Notes: generated from the sequence alone by a model not told the origin. 63,982 bases of DNA, filler included, from Ionaspis alba (GCA_964255285.1; 6 parts of 6 records of this genome joined end to end with filler, not necessarily neighbours in it); one strand, 5' to 3'; shown: positions 12,897 through 24,937, numbered from the whole stretch's first letter. Numbers and translations: made by a program.

Positions 12897-13467
12897 GTGC
12901 TAATCCCTTCTCACACTAAAAATTCTATTCAAGCACCATTCTGGGCTTATGTGGCAGGAGTGTTCTGGATTGAGGTCGTGGTTGGCCTGGATTTGCGGGG
13001 AAGATGATTGCACGATTGGCTATTGCGTGAGGATCTTTTGTGGTGGCGGGTGGGCTGTGTTAAGGAACGAGGCGTGGACACCGTGGTGCGATCTACCGGT
13101 GGGTTGATTGATCGTTAATCAAGGATTAGAATGAAGCTGGGTTTAATGGTCGTTGTAGTGTATATTGTTATGTTTATTGGAATGACTTGGTGAAATGAGG
13201 TTCAGATCGCTAGATCGAGATATGTACACATATACACATATGAAGTACGGTACATACATGTAATCTAGCAGCCTAGTCGCCTTGCATTTGGCTGGATCTC
13301 TCGTTGTTCGCCACCGACAAGCTCTCCAAATTCAAGCACCAAGACGTAGTTACGGTCATCAAAGAAAATCTCTATATCTGATTCCACAACGCCCTAGTCT
13401 ATTGTACCATGCTGCCATGACGCCTTTCACCCACGCGCAACTACGAATCACGACGCTCAGCAAGCCT

Positions 13468-15441
13468 CTAACTCCGTGGCGGAAGTGAATCCGCTCTCGT
13501 CCTCGCCAACAACTCATTCTGCTCCGCTATTCTCGTCTTCTTTGCTGCCAAGCTCGGTCGTCCAGCGACGGCATTTTTCGCCTTACTTCCAGCGCCTCCT
13601 AGTTCGGCTTCTTCCGCACAAGACGCCTCGCTCGGTGTGCAAACGCTCTCGAGAGTCGGAAGGCCGGTCTGCAGCAGCCACACTCCCCAGCATTTTTTGT
13701 AGGGTTTCGTCTGCATCCAATCGGTCCATCGCTGCACAACCTCCCGAATGTGTTCGTCCTTGACGAGGAACCACTCTTTGTGAGATCTGTTACAGCCAAC
13801 GCATTTTTGTTCCTGCAGCCGGTAGTCTTTCAATTCTGTGTGGATGAGTTTCTCTAATCGGTAAATATGCTGAGATTGAATGGTCTCGCTCTCTTCTCTG
13901 AGATATAAGATCTCAGGATGGCGATGGCAGTCCCTGTGCCATTCCTGCATCCGTTTTTGAATGTCTTCGTTTTCGGTAACGCCTATTTTCCGTGCTCTGA
14001 AGTCGTCTGTTGTTCTGTACACGTATAGGTAACCAGGCTTTTCTTCCCTTGCTGTCAAAGGTTCCGCCGCACATCTAATAAGAGCTTCTTTTATGCTAAG
14101 CCCCAAGGTTACTTGCGGTTGCCACAGGATATTGATTTTGACCGATGGAATGTATTTCGGGGGTGAAGTCGATCTCTTCGAAGCTTGTTCATCGTCTGGC
14201 GAGTCCTGGTGTGAAAGCTGCTTCATCCTCTCCCTCTCCTCTTTAAGATGACGGCCGTTGAAAATTAGTTCCACCAATGCTTCGATCTCGGTGATGCAAT
14301 CCTGCAATAGAAGTGGCCTCCTGAGTTTCTCTAGGATTTCGCATGCCATCTCTCTGTAGGCTGGTCTCAACCGATGACCGCAGCGCTTGCGAGCCCCGTG
14401 AGCCACACATCTGTGTTTGGGTGCTTCGAACCGGGCGAGAATGTCGTCTCCAAAGAAATCTTTGAGTTTTTTAATACCGTCTACCAAAGAGTCTGATGAT
14501 GGAGGCTTCAGGGTTGAGAGAGCTAGGCAGTTGTTGAGCGAAGTATCTTGGTCGTCATCTGTCCCGTCTTCAATCTTGACATGGGTGGGTGAGCTCCACG
14601 GAATCAGCTCAAGCCCGGACCTCGAAACAACTGGAGATGTGATGGAAGGAATGTCATTTATGTTTACTTCCTCGTCTTCATCTTTGACATGGGTGGGTGA
14701 GCTCCATTGAATCAGCTCAAGCCCGGAGCTCGAAACAACTGGAGACTTGACGGAGCGATTGTCATTTGTGTTTGCTTCCTCGTCTTCAATCTTCGTCTGA
14801 ACAATTGCCTTGCACTCTTCGGCTTTGACTTTGTCTCGTTCTCCTGCTATAGCCGAATGGTTTTCACAGATCGAAGTATCGGCGAATTTGTCGCAACATC
14901 GAGACACGTCGTTAGTCGAGTTCTGTGATATCTGATGCCCCGGAAGTTTCGTGCTATGATTCAGGTGGAATCTCGGAAGTGACACCAGAGGCGGTCTTCT
15001 CGTTCGACGACCGGTAGGCGTTCCACTATAATCTCCAAGCCAATCTTTCGAGTCTGCGCGTACGCTTGGGGTTGTTGGCGGTGTGGATAGATCAAATGGG
15101 TTCTGAATATTCTGGGCCGGTGAATCGAAAACATCACTGCTGTCGTTACTCAGCTCGGAATACGGTGAGCCAGGAGATGTCAGATTGCACGATTCAAATT
15201 CCCCATCGTCGGCCTCGTAACTTGGAGACGTACGATCCTTGGCAATTTTGCTTTGGCTTTGATTTCGTCTCGGGGTTGTTTGAAGAGGTTGTCTCTGACT
15301 TCCCTTTGGAGAGAGAGAACGAGAACGATGACAGGTTCCATCCTCGCGAGCAGCTTCGGCAGTTTTATTTGCATGTTTGAAAGTATATGTAGAGGTAGTA
15401 AAATGACTTAACAATGATGACTGATCGCCGACGAAGGACAT
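13468..15441 (-). CDS. T5orf172/MUG113 (GIY-YIG superfamily) domain protein
   Basis: Intronless, ~657 aa from ATG 15441. C-terminal motifs PGYLYVY...KIGVT...KRMQEW..C...RLEKLIHTEL...CVGCNRSHKEWF. The N-terminal half looks disordered. Confidence 0.85.
   Translation of the reverse strand: MSFVGDQSSLLSHFTTSTYTFKHANKTAEAAREDGTCHRSRSLSPKGSQRQPLQTTPRRNQSQSKIAKDRTSPSYEADDGEFESCNLTSPGSPYSELSNDSSDVFDSPAQNIQNPFDLSTPPTTPSVRADSKDWLGDYSGTPTGRRTRRPPLVSLPRFHLNHSTKLPGHQISQNSTNDVSRCCDKFADTSICENHSAIAGERDKVKAEECKAIVQTKIEDEEANTNDNRSVKSPVVSSSGLELIQWSSPTHVKDEDEEVNINDIPSITSPVVSRSGLELIPWSSPTHVKIEDGTDDDQDTSLNNCLALSTLKPPSSDSLVDGIKKLKDFFGDDILARFEAPKHRCVAHGARKRCGHRLRPAYREMACEILEKLRRPLLLQDCITEIEALVELIFNGRHLKEERERMKQLSHQDSPDDEQASKRSTSPPKYIPSVKINILWQPQVTLGLSIKEALIRCAAEPLTAREEKPGYLYVYRTTDDFRARKIGVTENEDIQKRMQEWHRDCHRHPEILYLREESETIQSQHIYRLEKLIHTELKDYRLQEQKCVGCNRSHKEWFLVKDEHIREVVQRWTDWMQTKPYKKCWGVWLLQTGLPTLESVCTPSEASCAEEAELGGAGSKAKNAVAGRPSLAAKKTRIAEQNELLARTRADSLPPRS
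14567..14793 (-). repeat. Intragenic tandem duplication, 108-nt (36-aa) period
   Basis: SPVVSSSGLELIQWSSPTHVK and SPVVSRSGLELIPWSSPTHVK. ATGGGTGGGTGAGCTCCA occurs at 14581 and 14689. Confidence 0.9.
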
Positions 15442-16397
15442 AATGAAGTACACGCTGAACTTGATGCAATAGAGAAGATGCTATCGCCCAATAGCAAAAG
15501 CTTCATTGAGAATGAGCGGGAGTCGGTATCCAGCCATTTGTATCCCACGAAAACTAGCTGCGCCATATCTATGCATCGGAGGGGCTGTACACTGGCTTCT
15601 TTCGACGCAGCCAGCCTCAATGCAATGCGGCGATCGTCAGTCGAGCTTGGTTTTTAGGCCGCCATGGAGTCTATCTTGAGAATGCTGATACGTTGACAGT
15701 ATCTAGGTAGCATTAAAAAAAAACAATGTTCGTCGAGGACTGCGGACCGCTGCTGCGAGTACAACGATTCTGCGACCTAGATTTCGGGATGAGGATGCCA
15801 CACTGAAGCGAAGGAATCTGGAAAGTCTTTACTCCGACCAATCCGGTTGCCGCAATAGGCGCTGGGACCTCAGGGTTGCATGACGGATATGAGGAACTGT
15901 TCGCGGGCCAGCAGGTACCAAAGGCTGGCAGAGGTTGAGCGACTACTTCCGACATTGTGCGTAGATTTTCCTCGCGTTCACGTTAGAAAGAAAAACTCTC
16001 TCTTCGGTGCTCTTCTGGGGTGTCTCCCCATGAAGTACATAAAAGAATGTTTTTTGAGGGACGGAATCCAGAGGGTCCATTAGAAAATTTAGATATAGCA
16101 ATAGCTCATGCACCTAAGCAAGAGGGACTCTCTTTTGATTCTCCAGCTATTATAGCAGGAGCAATGCTGGCTGTAGTATCTCGTGTGCCAAATGTCACAC
16201 GGTGATGGTTTTCCAGGCTAGCTTGGTTTGGGATTTTCTACTTCGAATAAGCGAGGCCGCTATCCCCCTAAAGCTTTGTTTCTNNNNNNNNNNNNNNNNN
16301 NNNNNNNNNNNNNNNNNNNNNNNNNNNNNNNNNNNNNNNNNNNNNNNNNNNNNNNNNNNNNNNNNNNNNNNNNNNNNNNNNNNTTCAGCCTGGGACC

Positions 16398-17231
16398 ATG
16401 TCTGTGCGCGCTATGAGACTCTTTCTCTCCCTCTTATCACTTCTCAAGGAGCTTCCTACCCAATGCCTCGAAAAATTACGATCTCCAAGCAAAACACACA
16501 ACAATACGATATCAACGAATACGAGACAATTTCTTGCCGCTGGGAAATCAGGGGTCGTATATGGGATTGATCCTGCAAGAGTCCTGAAAGAGTTTCACGA
16601 TGGTGACGGGGGTGAAATTGAACGCCGGGTGTATCAGCGGCTTGGTTCACACCCTAATATTGCAAAGGTGTTGGATACGCTTATGGATGGCTCCATTATT
16701 CTCGAGCGAGGCACACCCCTTCGGACGATCTGTCGAGCTTCCTCCGCAAATGAGATACCAGTCATGACGAAAGTTCGCTGGCTAAGACACGCAGCTGAAG
16801 GCTATGAGCATCTACACGCTTGCAACATCATTCATAGCGACATTGGATGTAACAATCTGATTCTAACGGGGGAGGACCATATAAAGTTGATTGACTTTGA
16901 AGGCTGCAGTATTGATGGTGGACCGGCGGGTTCCTGCTATGAATGGTTCAGCTACTGCCCATCGATGCCTCGAGTGAGTCAACGTACAGATATTTTCGCA
17001 TTCGGCTGTGCAATCTACGAAGTTTTGACTGGGAGACCACCATACTATGAGCTCGAAACATCGGATGACCCATATAAGCAAGTTGAAGAGCTATACGCAA
17101 ACCAACACTTTCCTGATGTTACAAATCTTCCTCTTGGTCAACTAATACGGAGTTGCTGGTGTGGCGACATCAACTCTATGACCGAGGTTATTCAAGAACT
17201 AGAAGCGTTTCGCGCTAGGCCTCCTAGGTGA
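16398..17231 (+). CDS. Small intronless protein kinase-like protein (277 aa)
   Basis: Gly loop AAGKSGVVY, HPNI, catalytic loop IHSDIGCNN, DFEG, TDIFAFG, EVLTGRPPY. Confidence 0.88.
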   Translation: MSVRAMRLFLSLLSLLKELPTQCLEKLRSPSKTHNNTISTNTRQFLAAGKSGVVYGIDPARVLKEFHDGDGGEIERRVYQRLGSHPNIAKVLDTLMDGSIILERGTPLRTICRASSANEIPVMTKVRWLRHAAEGYEHLHACNIIHSDIGCNNLILTGEDHIKLIDFEGCSIDGGPAGSCYEWFSYCPSMPRVSQRTDIFAFGCAIYEVLTGRPPYYELETSDDPYKQVEELYANQHFPDVTNLPLGQLIRSCWCGDINSMTEVIQELEAFRARPPR

Positions 17232-17462
17232 AAGGTATTATCATGAGCTATGAGATGAAGAGTGGTCTTGTTCCATAGCTACCAAAAATGGTACGAGCTT
17301 TGAATGGTACTAGGTAGGACCTCTATCCTTCTCCCCTCATCCGAGTCTCCCTCTCCGCCCAAGTATTGTTCTCATTATTTGGCTGTGATTGTCTTTCAAG
17401 TTGTGCTTGACTGTCCGATTTACAAAACAGCCCTCCACTCAATCTTTCGAATGTATTGCCAT

Positions 17463-17768
17463 CTAGACAGTGATATCCACCTATAATTCATGAATATTTA
17501 GCCAGCGTATATGCCAATAGCGCATGGCTTGTCTCACCCATTTGACTTGGTAGACTTCTAGCGCTATCCCTGAATCACGGCATGCTGGGCACACTCCTAC
17601 TTTCCTTGAAGGGAGCTGATCTAGCGCTATGTCATGCGTTGGATTATCACAAGGAGAGTTTGGCTTTGGTGACTGCAGACATCTTTTACGTAGGCGTGTC
17701 TCTATCTTATGCTGTGGCTGCTTTGTGCACCCGCCCAGAACAGCACGCGTTATGCCATAGGTACACAT
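17463..17768 (-). CDS. Small Cys-rich putative Zn-binding protein (82 aa; exons 17768-17538, 17480-17463)
   Basis: Pattern MC...C...H...C...C...CPAC. Intron 17537-17481 is GTGAGA...CTAAA...TAG and gives the C-terminus KWVDITV*. Confidence 0.6.
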
Positions 17769-18004
17769 AGTAAAAGAGATACGCCTTATCGGTATTTATG
17801 AATTAGAATGATTACGAAGTTAAACTAAGGTAGTGATCTGACGATTTGATCTGAGGTAATGTTATTTGTTTCGTAAAAATAAGCCGCCCGCACCGCCCCT
17901 TCCACTAAGATCTCATATATAATAACAATAAGGCTGACTCGCTTAACAAGCGTGAAAATCATAGTTTTGGTGTAGTGGTTAATTAGCCGATAACTAGCCC
18001 ACAA

Positions 18005-18115
18005 ACAGGTGATTTACGTGGTCGCCAAACTTTGGCCAGCAGACAGATATATGTAGGCAGTAATAAAGTATGGGAATTCTATGGCGAATGGCAGCGCATG
18101 TGAGGGGAAGATAAA
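18005..18115 (-). repeat. Right copy of the diverged inverted repeat
   Basis: Minus strand reads TTATCTTCCCCTCACATGCGCTGCCATTC...CTGCTGGCCAAAGTTTGGCGACCACGTAAATCACCTGT. Confidence 0.75.
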
Positions 18116-19269
18116 AGGGAAGGCGGAATCGTGCTCGACCATCCGAGACCCACATATACCTAGGTCCAGTGAGTCTAAAATTTCGACAGAATAATAAATC
18201 TGAGGTGAGCTCGGGTATACAAGAGGATCGGGTTCTTCTCTGCAAGCCTGATGACTGGTGTATCTTGACTCAGCAGCCAAGACCCTACCGTCTCCACCAA
18301 AGCGGTTGGTTTTCAGACGCATTGCTGTAAGCAAATGATATCTTCGTATTACGAGTGTCGAAGTAAGCAAGGACGATCATGTGTTATATAACTGGTAGGT
18401 ATGACGCAGCAGATGGTCCCGTTCAGATCTCTGTGACGTAGCCCACTGCTTAGTCATGATAAGATGGCCACTTCGTCTTCTTCCACCATCCTAGACTTAG
18501 CCTTCTACATAGCCAATGCATTTCGTTGTCTTGGACCTGGCCTCGGTCATCCCCTGGCCACTTTCTGTCACTGTAACCTTCGGGTACATGCGGCAGAGCC
18601 TCAGGAAATGTCTGCGGACCTCCCACGGGGTTTGCAAAAAGGCGATACACTTCTATTGGGCGAGACCGCACCCAACTGTACCGTTTTTTNNNNNNNNNNN
18701 NNNNNNNNNNNNNNNNNNNNNNNNNNNNNNNNNNNNNNNNNNNNNNNNNNNNNNNNNNNNNNNNNNNNNNNNNNNNNNNNNNNNNNNNNCAAAAAGGCGA
18801 TACACTTCTATTGGGCGAGACCGCACCCAACTGTACCGTTTTTTTGCAAATCGCGTGCCTCCCAGACTTTTCACCCGCCTAGGACACTGGTTTCTACTAA
18901 TCGAGGTTCTCAGTCTGCTTGCTGACCTAGTGTTATACGAAGGAAGCGCTATTAGTCGAAGTCGCAATACGGAAATGACGGAGAGCCTCTGGCCACAAAG
19001 GCTTCCTTACACAACGTTCTTGCTCGCACGAGTTGTCAGCTTATAGATTCTCAGAACGCGTTGAGCTTAGTCGATGCTCCCGTTTTTGTCTGCGCAATCG
19101 GCTCCGCCATAATGACTGAGATATTCTCATTCCCTAACGGCTACCTTGGAGCTGAATATAATTTCCCGCTGGGTCCTACAAGCTGCTTGCTTTTTCAAAC
19201 TGATGTATCTCGAGTTTCTCATTACACATTTCCTGTGATAGGTGCTACACGCGTATTGCTTTTGCAACA

Positions 19270-20874
19270 ATGGCGCGCATCCTCTCGATGCTCATTGCGA
19301 TCTCCATACTCTCTGGTACAGTGCTCGCGCAGAATGTGGAAATCAAAACACCTGCCCAAGCACCGCCCGCGACCTCGGTACCCATCGACCGCTCGTACCT
19401 CGGCCTCATGGTCGAGACGACGTCGTGGGCCCGGTACGCCTCGACACCCTTCTCCGTTGACCTCATCCAGAATATCATCAACAAGACCGGTGGCGTCCCC
19501 ATGATCATCCGCGTTGGCGGCACTTCCGGTGACCAGGCCATCTACAACGCCAGCCAGAAAGAGGCCAACCACTGGCTCTACGACAAGCCCACCGACGGCC
19601 TCCTGGTGCCCATCTCGCTCGGCCAGGACTGGCTCGCGGGGTTCTCGAAGATCCCCGGCGCCCGGTACATATTGGAAGTGCCTTTGGCGAATAGTTCAGT
19701 AAAGGAGACGGTTGACTTTACGCGGGAAGTGCTCAAGGGAATCAAGCCAGAGAGCTTGGAGGCGATCGAAATAGGTAACGAGCCCAACCTCTATGACACC
19801 CAGACCTACCGCGGCCAAACAAAACGCCCCAAACCCTATACCGTGGCAGAGTACGTCGGGGAATTCTTGAAGTACTCAAACGCCATTTCCAGCAACGTTT
19901 CTCTGCCATCGAGAACCATCTTTCATGCCGGGACTCTTGCCGACGGATCAGCGTGGGACGCGTAAGTTTTTTGTTCCACTTTGCTGGAAGGCCACTTACC
20001 TGTCTAACCCAAATGCAACAGGCAAGATCTCTACGATAACGGCCTTGGTACGAGCGACAAGGTCAAGGCCTTCGGGCAGCACTACTACCAGACGAACATC
20101 CGCCTCAACAAGCCCACGCTGCGCGCCAATCTGCTCGACCACAACGGTGCAATTGTCCGCAAGACGGACCGCCAGGTGGCGCCCAACGTCAACTACCTGC
20201 GCCACCATATACCCGGTCCGCCGCTCATTCTCAGCGAGGCCGGCAGCGCGCTCGGCCAGGTCAGCCCCGAGGAACGCAAGCTCGACGCTGTGCTCGGCTC
20301 GGCGCTGTGGGAGGTCGACTGGCTCCTGCTCTCGATGACGCGGAATGTGAGCCGTGTCAACATGAACCAGTGTAACGGCTGCAACTTCGCGTCCTGGTGG
20401 CCGGGCAACGGCGGTACTGATGGCGCCGTGCACGCGCAGTACTACGGGCTCGCGTTTGTGGCGGACTGGCTCGGACTCCGCGGGCCATCCCACAGCGGCG
20501 TGCTACGGGTGGCCAGCCTGTGGGACGCGAAGTTTCCGAATGTCTCGCCGTACGCGGGTTATGTGGGCGGTGTGCTGGACCGTGTTGCGGTGGTCGATCT
20601 GAATGAATGGAACATGACGAGCACGAGTACTCGACCCTCGCGCACGGTCACGCTGGATGTGCCGCCTACCGTCAAAGGGGCGGAGTTGAGGCGTCTAAAG
20701 GGCAAGGGGACAGATGCGCTCGCGGCGGACATTACATACGCGGGCATGAAATACACGCCACAGACGCCAAAAGGTGAGCGTGTGGAGCCGGAGACGGAGA
20801 ACGTGGAGGTCAAGGATGGAAAAGCGGCATTTAAACTGCAGGTTTCAGAGGCGGTCTTAGTGACGCTGCACTAA
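19270..20874 (+). CDS. Secreted glycoside hydrolase family 79 (beta-glucuronidase-like); intron 19962-20021
   Basis: Signal peptide, IRVGGTS, acid/base EIGNEP, HYYQ, nucleophile LSEAG, ALWEVDWLL and a C-terminal beta domain with GMKY. Confidence 0.88.
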
Positions 20875-21633
20875 AATAGAGCTTGTAGTTCAGAGATCAC
20901 CGTGTACCGGTCACGTGCGAATCCGCTACGGAGTATTAAATGATAGCATATCTAGAGTTGACTGGAGACCGTACGCATCCGCTGTTACACCTTTATCATG
21001 CATTCTGCATTGACCGATGTAAGCGGGCACTCGGAGTGAAATGTATGAAAATTTACGGCTTCCTTCTACTTACACTAAACCCCAGACTGGTCACGAGGTA
21101 TATCTATTCTGCACCTCATCCTATATTCGGGGTGTATATAACATAATATATATAAGAAATACAGAGCGATGAGGAGTGTTGGCAGTCAGTCAATCCAAAG
21201 TCCATTTCTGTACATATACACACACCTAACATTGACTGCCCTGCCCCTGCTTTGCACGTCTTTCCCGTTTTCCCGAAAGAAAATAAAAAGGGTGTAGTCA
21301 TGGATCCCACCCATTTCGCTCCCTCTTGCGTCCCAATCGAGTAAACAATGCGCCCCAAAGTAGAGATCAGAAAAAGAAGAAGAAGAAGAAGAACGGCCGA
21401 TGAACCGCTCGACCCATCCAATCCATGCCATGACTTAAAATACCCACATAAAAACGCCACGCTGCTTGCGACGAAAAACAACAACAGCAATCCCAATTGT
21501 ATCCCCAATCCCAAATGCAGCCCAAAATAGAAAAAAAAAAGATAAAAGAGCAAGCTAATCCCGTCACCATCCCTATACCCACCACCCAATCCCCCCCCTT
21601 TCAATGAATCAACCAATCAACCACTACTCATCC

Positions 21634-21733
21634 NNNNNNNNNNNNNNNNNNNNNNNNNNNNNNNNNNNNNNNNNNNNTTAATTAATTAANNNNNNNNNNN
21701 NNNNNNNNNNNNNNNNNNNNNNNNNNNNNNNNN
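21634..21733. other. Artificial scaffold linker
   Basis: N44-TTAATTAATTAA-N44. Confidence 0.97.
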
Positions 21734-23778
21734 GTAACGATGTATGTATGGACCATGGAAAAGAAAGAGCAAAGTGGTCAATCGAATTAATTAAATCCAT
21801 CAATCGAGTCAACCAATCAGTCTCTTCGATCGTCCCATCATTCCCTCTTTACGATCATCGTCATAGTTGTCTTCAATATCTATCTGATCCCCAACATCTA
21901 ACTTATGCTAGTCCAAGCACAGTCCAGTTCGAGGTTAGGGATTATACAGATGCTGGCAAGGGCAAAAGCTATCCGAGACGCGACGACACAGTTGAAGAAT
22001 CAAAAGGGCCTCGGCCAAGCATGTCACGATCATTTGAGGATGAGAGGAAAAGCAGACCAAACTCCAAGACAGGCAGTAGTTAGTTAGGCAGTCACATGGC
22101 CCGAAATGATGCAAGTCGTCCTTCTAACTAATCCAAGTAGTGCGAATCATCGACGACTCGACGCAACGGACGAGTCAGCGTCGAGAAGATCGAAACCGAC
22201 CGGGGATGAGAAGGAATGCACGCTCTCTGTCCTGCAACATCCTGCACGATCCCGCCCGTCTGCTTGTCCTTGTCCACTCGACGCCCACTCGCTGTGGGTC
22301 ATGCTCGTGGCCTCGCCCGAGAGCAAAAGGGTGTGCGCAGCAGGAGGATGAATTCATGCAAGTTGCCGATGCATCCCTTGCTTCAACATGGAACATGGGA
22401 ATGATGGCACTTCTCTCTTCCCGGAGAGCGACCTCGAAGAAAGAGACCCTGCTCTTTTCTGACGTCTATGGCTTGGACTACTCTTTCGGGGTTTACTTGT
22501 GTTGCAGTACGAGTACTACTTCGACTTCGTGATCATATTGTCGCTTTAGCCGCCGGAGTATCCTTTGAATATTCACTACTGCTGCTACGACGACTACAAT
22601 GCTTCCTCCATTGGTGATTCGTCAGGTCTACCGAAGCCGGTAGGGGTATTTCAAATAGTGCCGTTCCTTCTCTCCCACATGCTTGACACGATTGATTACT
22701 CACGCTCCCATCTCCGAGAGGATCGGTGGTGGCGACACAAGCTACGTTGGGAAAAAGAAAGAGACAGAGACAGGAATGTGGCTTAGGAGGAGGAATGTAC
22801 TGAGAAACGCCTACTGGGGGGCGTAGCTCTACCATCTNNNNNNNNNNNNNNNNNNNNNNNNNNNNNNNNNNNNNNNNNNNNNNNNNNNNNNNNNNNNNNN
22901 NNNNNNNNNNNNNNNNNNNNNNNNNNNNNNNNNNNNNCTCGCACCTTGTGGTCGAAAGCTTTTCTAACCGAAGTCGCAATCCACAGTCGTATGTAAGTAA
23001 GTGAGTAAAGTGAGTAAGTAGTATCGAAGCCGCATCAAACTCAATCACCGTGAAACGGGTACGTCGATCGCACACGGAAAGGAGCGAGCCTATCGAGGAC
23101 AATTCTTCGCCTCAAAACTATCACGGAAGGATGTTGCGCGCAGGAAGGTGACATGGAAAGGCCTGCCTGTCAATTCGCACTTCGAGGTGGCATGGGATCC
23201 CCGGGCGATCATTGGTCCCCACAGCCCCCCTTCCGTTCTCGAATCCTCCCAATGTTTCTCTCGGTTCGTAGATCGTCCTTTAACGGCACGGGTGCACTAC
23301 GCGTAGAGGGCAATTAATGGGCAAGTCTGCCAGCGGCGGTGGCGGGGACACGAGATGAGTCGGAGGAATTGGAATCGTCGCGATAGGTAGGCGGCGTGGA
23401 CTACTAGAGTTCCGAGCTGTTTGAAGCACTAGTAGCCCGCTTGGACTTCTTCAACGTTCTCGTAGAGCAGGCGACTAGAAGACGATTTAACCAGCTAAGA
23501 GCATCTACATCACGAGACCTTCGAGTTAAGTCAAAGAATCAAGTTTTCGGCCCTTGCATTGATCAGTCTTGGAAAGATCCCAAGCATGTGAAAATCATCC
23601 ACCGATCTAGGAAGTAGATCAAAGAAAAGAAGAATGATAGTCCCCTTTCTCCTCAAAAATAGCACTTCTCATCGACGATTGGTTCCATCAAAGCCCAGCA
23701 AGCCCTAAGCACCAACCATGCCCGCGTCAGCTTCAAAGAGCAAAAAAGAAAATCGAAGAAGTCATCGAAGCGCCGTCT

Positions 23779-24937
23779 ATCCATCCATCCATCCATCCAT
23801 TCATCAATCCCATCCAAAGACCTTAGGACGGGCGACCCAAACTCTCGGGACCCGCACAGCCCACTCACCACCACCACCACCACCATCAGCAGCCCAAAAT
23901 CAAGCAAGTAAAATGAAGGCAAGAACGATCACCGACTCACCATCCACCTCGCGTGATCGACGCGCCTCCGCCCATCCATCCCGTGCCCATCTCATCACTG
24001 CACAACGCACGGCATGCACCACGCTCTCCTGAGGCGTCGAGGCAGGTTTCAGCAATGCAACATCCAGATGTACATACAGACCTCTCCCTACATCTATCCA
24101 CACATACATCAGCTGCAGTTTCACCATCTCACAGGCTCGGCCGCGAAATTGGGGGGCGTTTCAGCCTGCTCTTACGCTTGCTTTGCTGATGCTGATGCAG
24201 CCCGTTCTTTCTCGGACTAAAGCTGAGGATATACATGCCGGGTGTAGCGTTGGAGAGCACGTTGCCTTTGCGGCTTTGCTAAAGCTGTTGTATCCCGTAG
24301 ACCCTGGGAATATATGGCAAAGGGCACAGTGAGTTGCGAATACCGCCTTCCGAACCGGCAGCTACTCTATCCATCGTCTGACCATCCTGTCTCCTCGTCC
24401 TGCTCCCAATTCACTGACCCAACTCGTTCTCATTTCAAGTCAAGCAAGCAAATCAAGCAATCAACCCAAGCAGCCAATCAGCAGTCCAGAACGTGACAAC
24501 GTACACCCCTCCAGGGATTCTTTCCACCCCCCCAAAAACGCTGTGCAGATGACCCTTTGCGAAAGCCACACCCACACACTCCTTCCCACACAGACCAGTA
24601 TGGAAAGGGAAAGGGAGAACATGAGAGAGATGGGTCATGCACCGATCCGCGCAGCCGCTAGTGCATGTCGAAGGGTCGTCCCGCCCTTGTGTGGATGCGC
24701 AGAGAAGGATTGGCAGAGCATAGCCCTGGTGCCGCCGTCGTTGTCGATGGTGTCGGTGGCGAGGAGTAGGTGGTTCAGATAAGATGAGATGAGATGAGTG
24801 GCGAAGTAGTATCATCTAGCCTAGGCGCGAGGCGAAGGAAACAAGTGCAACGTCGATGAGGACGATGGCAAGATGGCGGGTCGTTCGGGGCTAGACCCAT
24901 ACCCAGGCCCATGCCGCCTAGCTAGCTAGCTAGCTAG
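23779..24937. repeat. Cluster of microsatellites: (ATCC)n ~23779, (CCA)n ~23866, (CTAG)5 24918-24937
   Basis: Read directly in a gene-free stretch. Confidence 0.8.
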
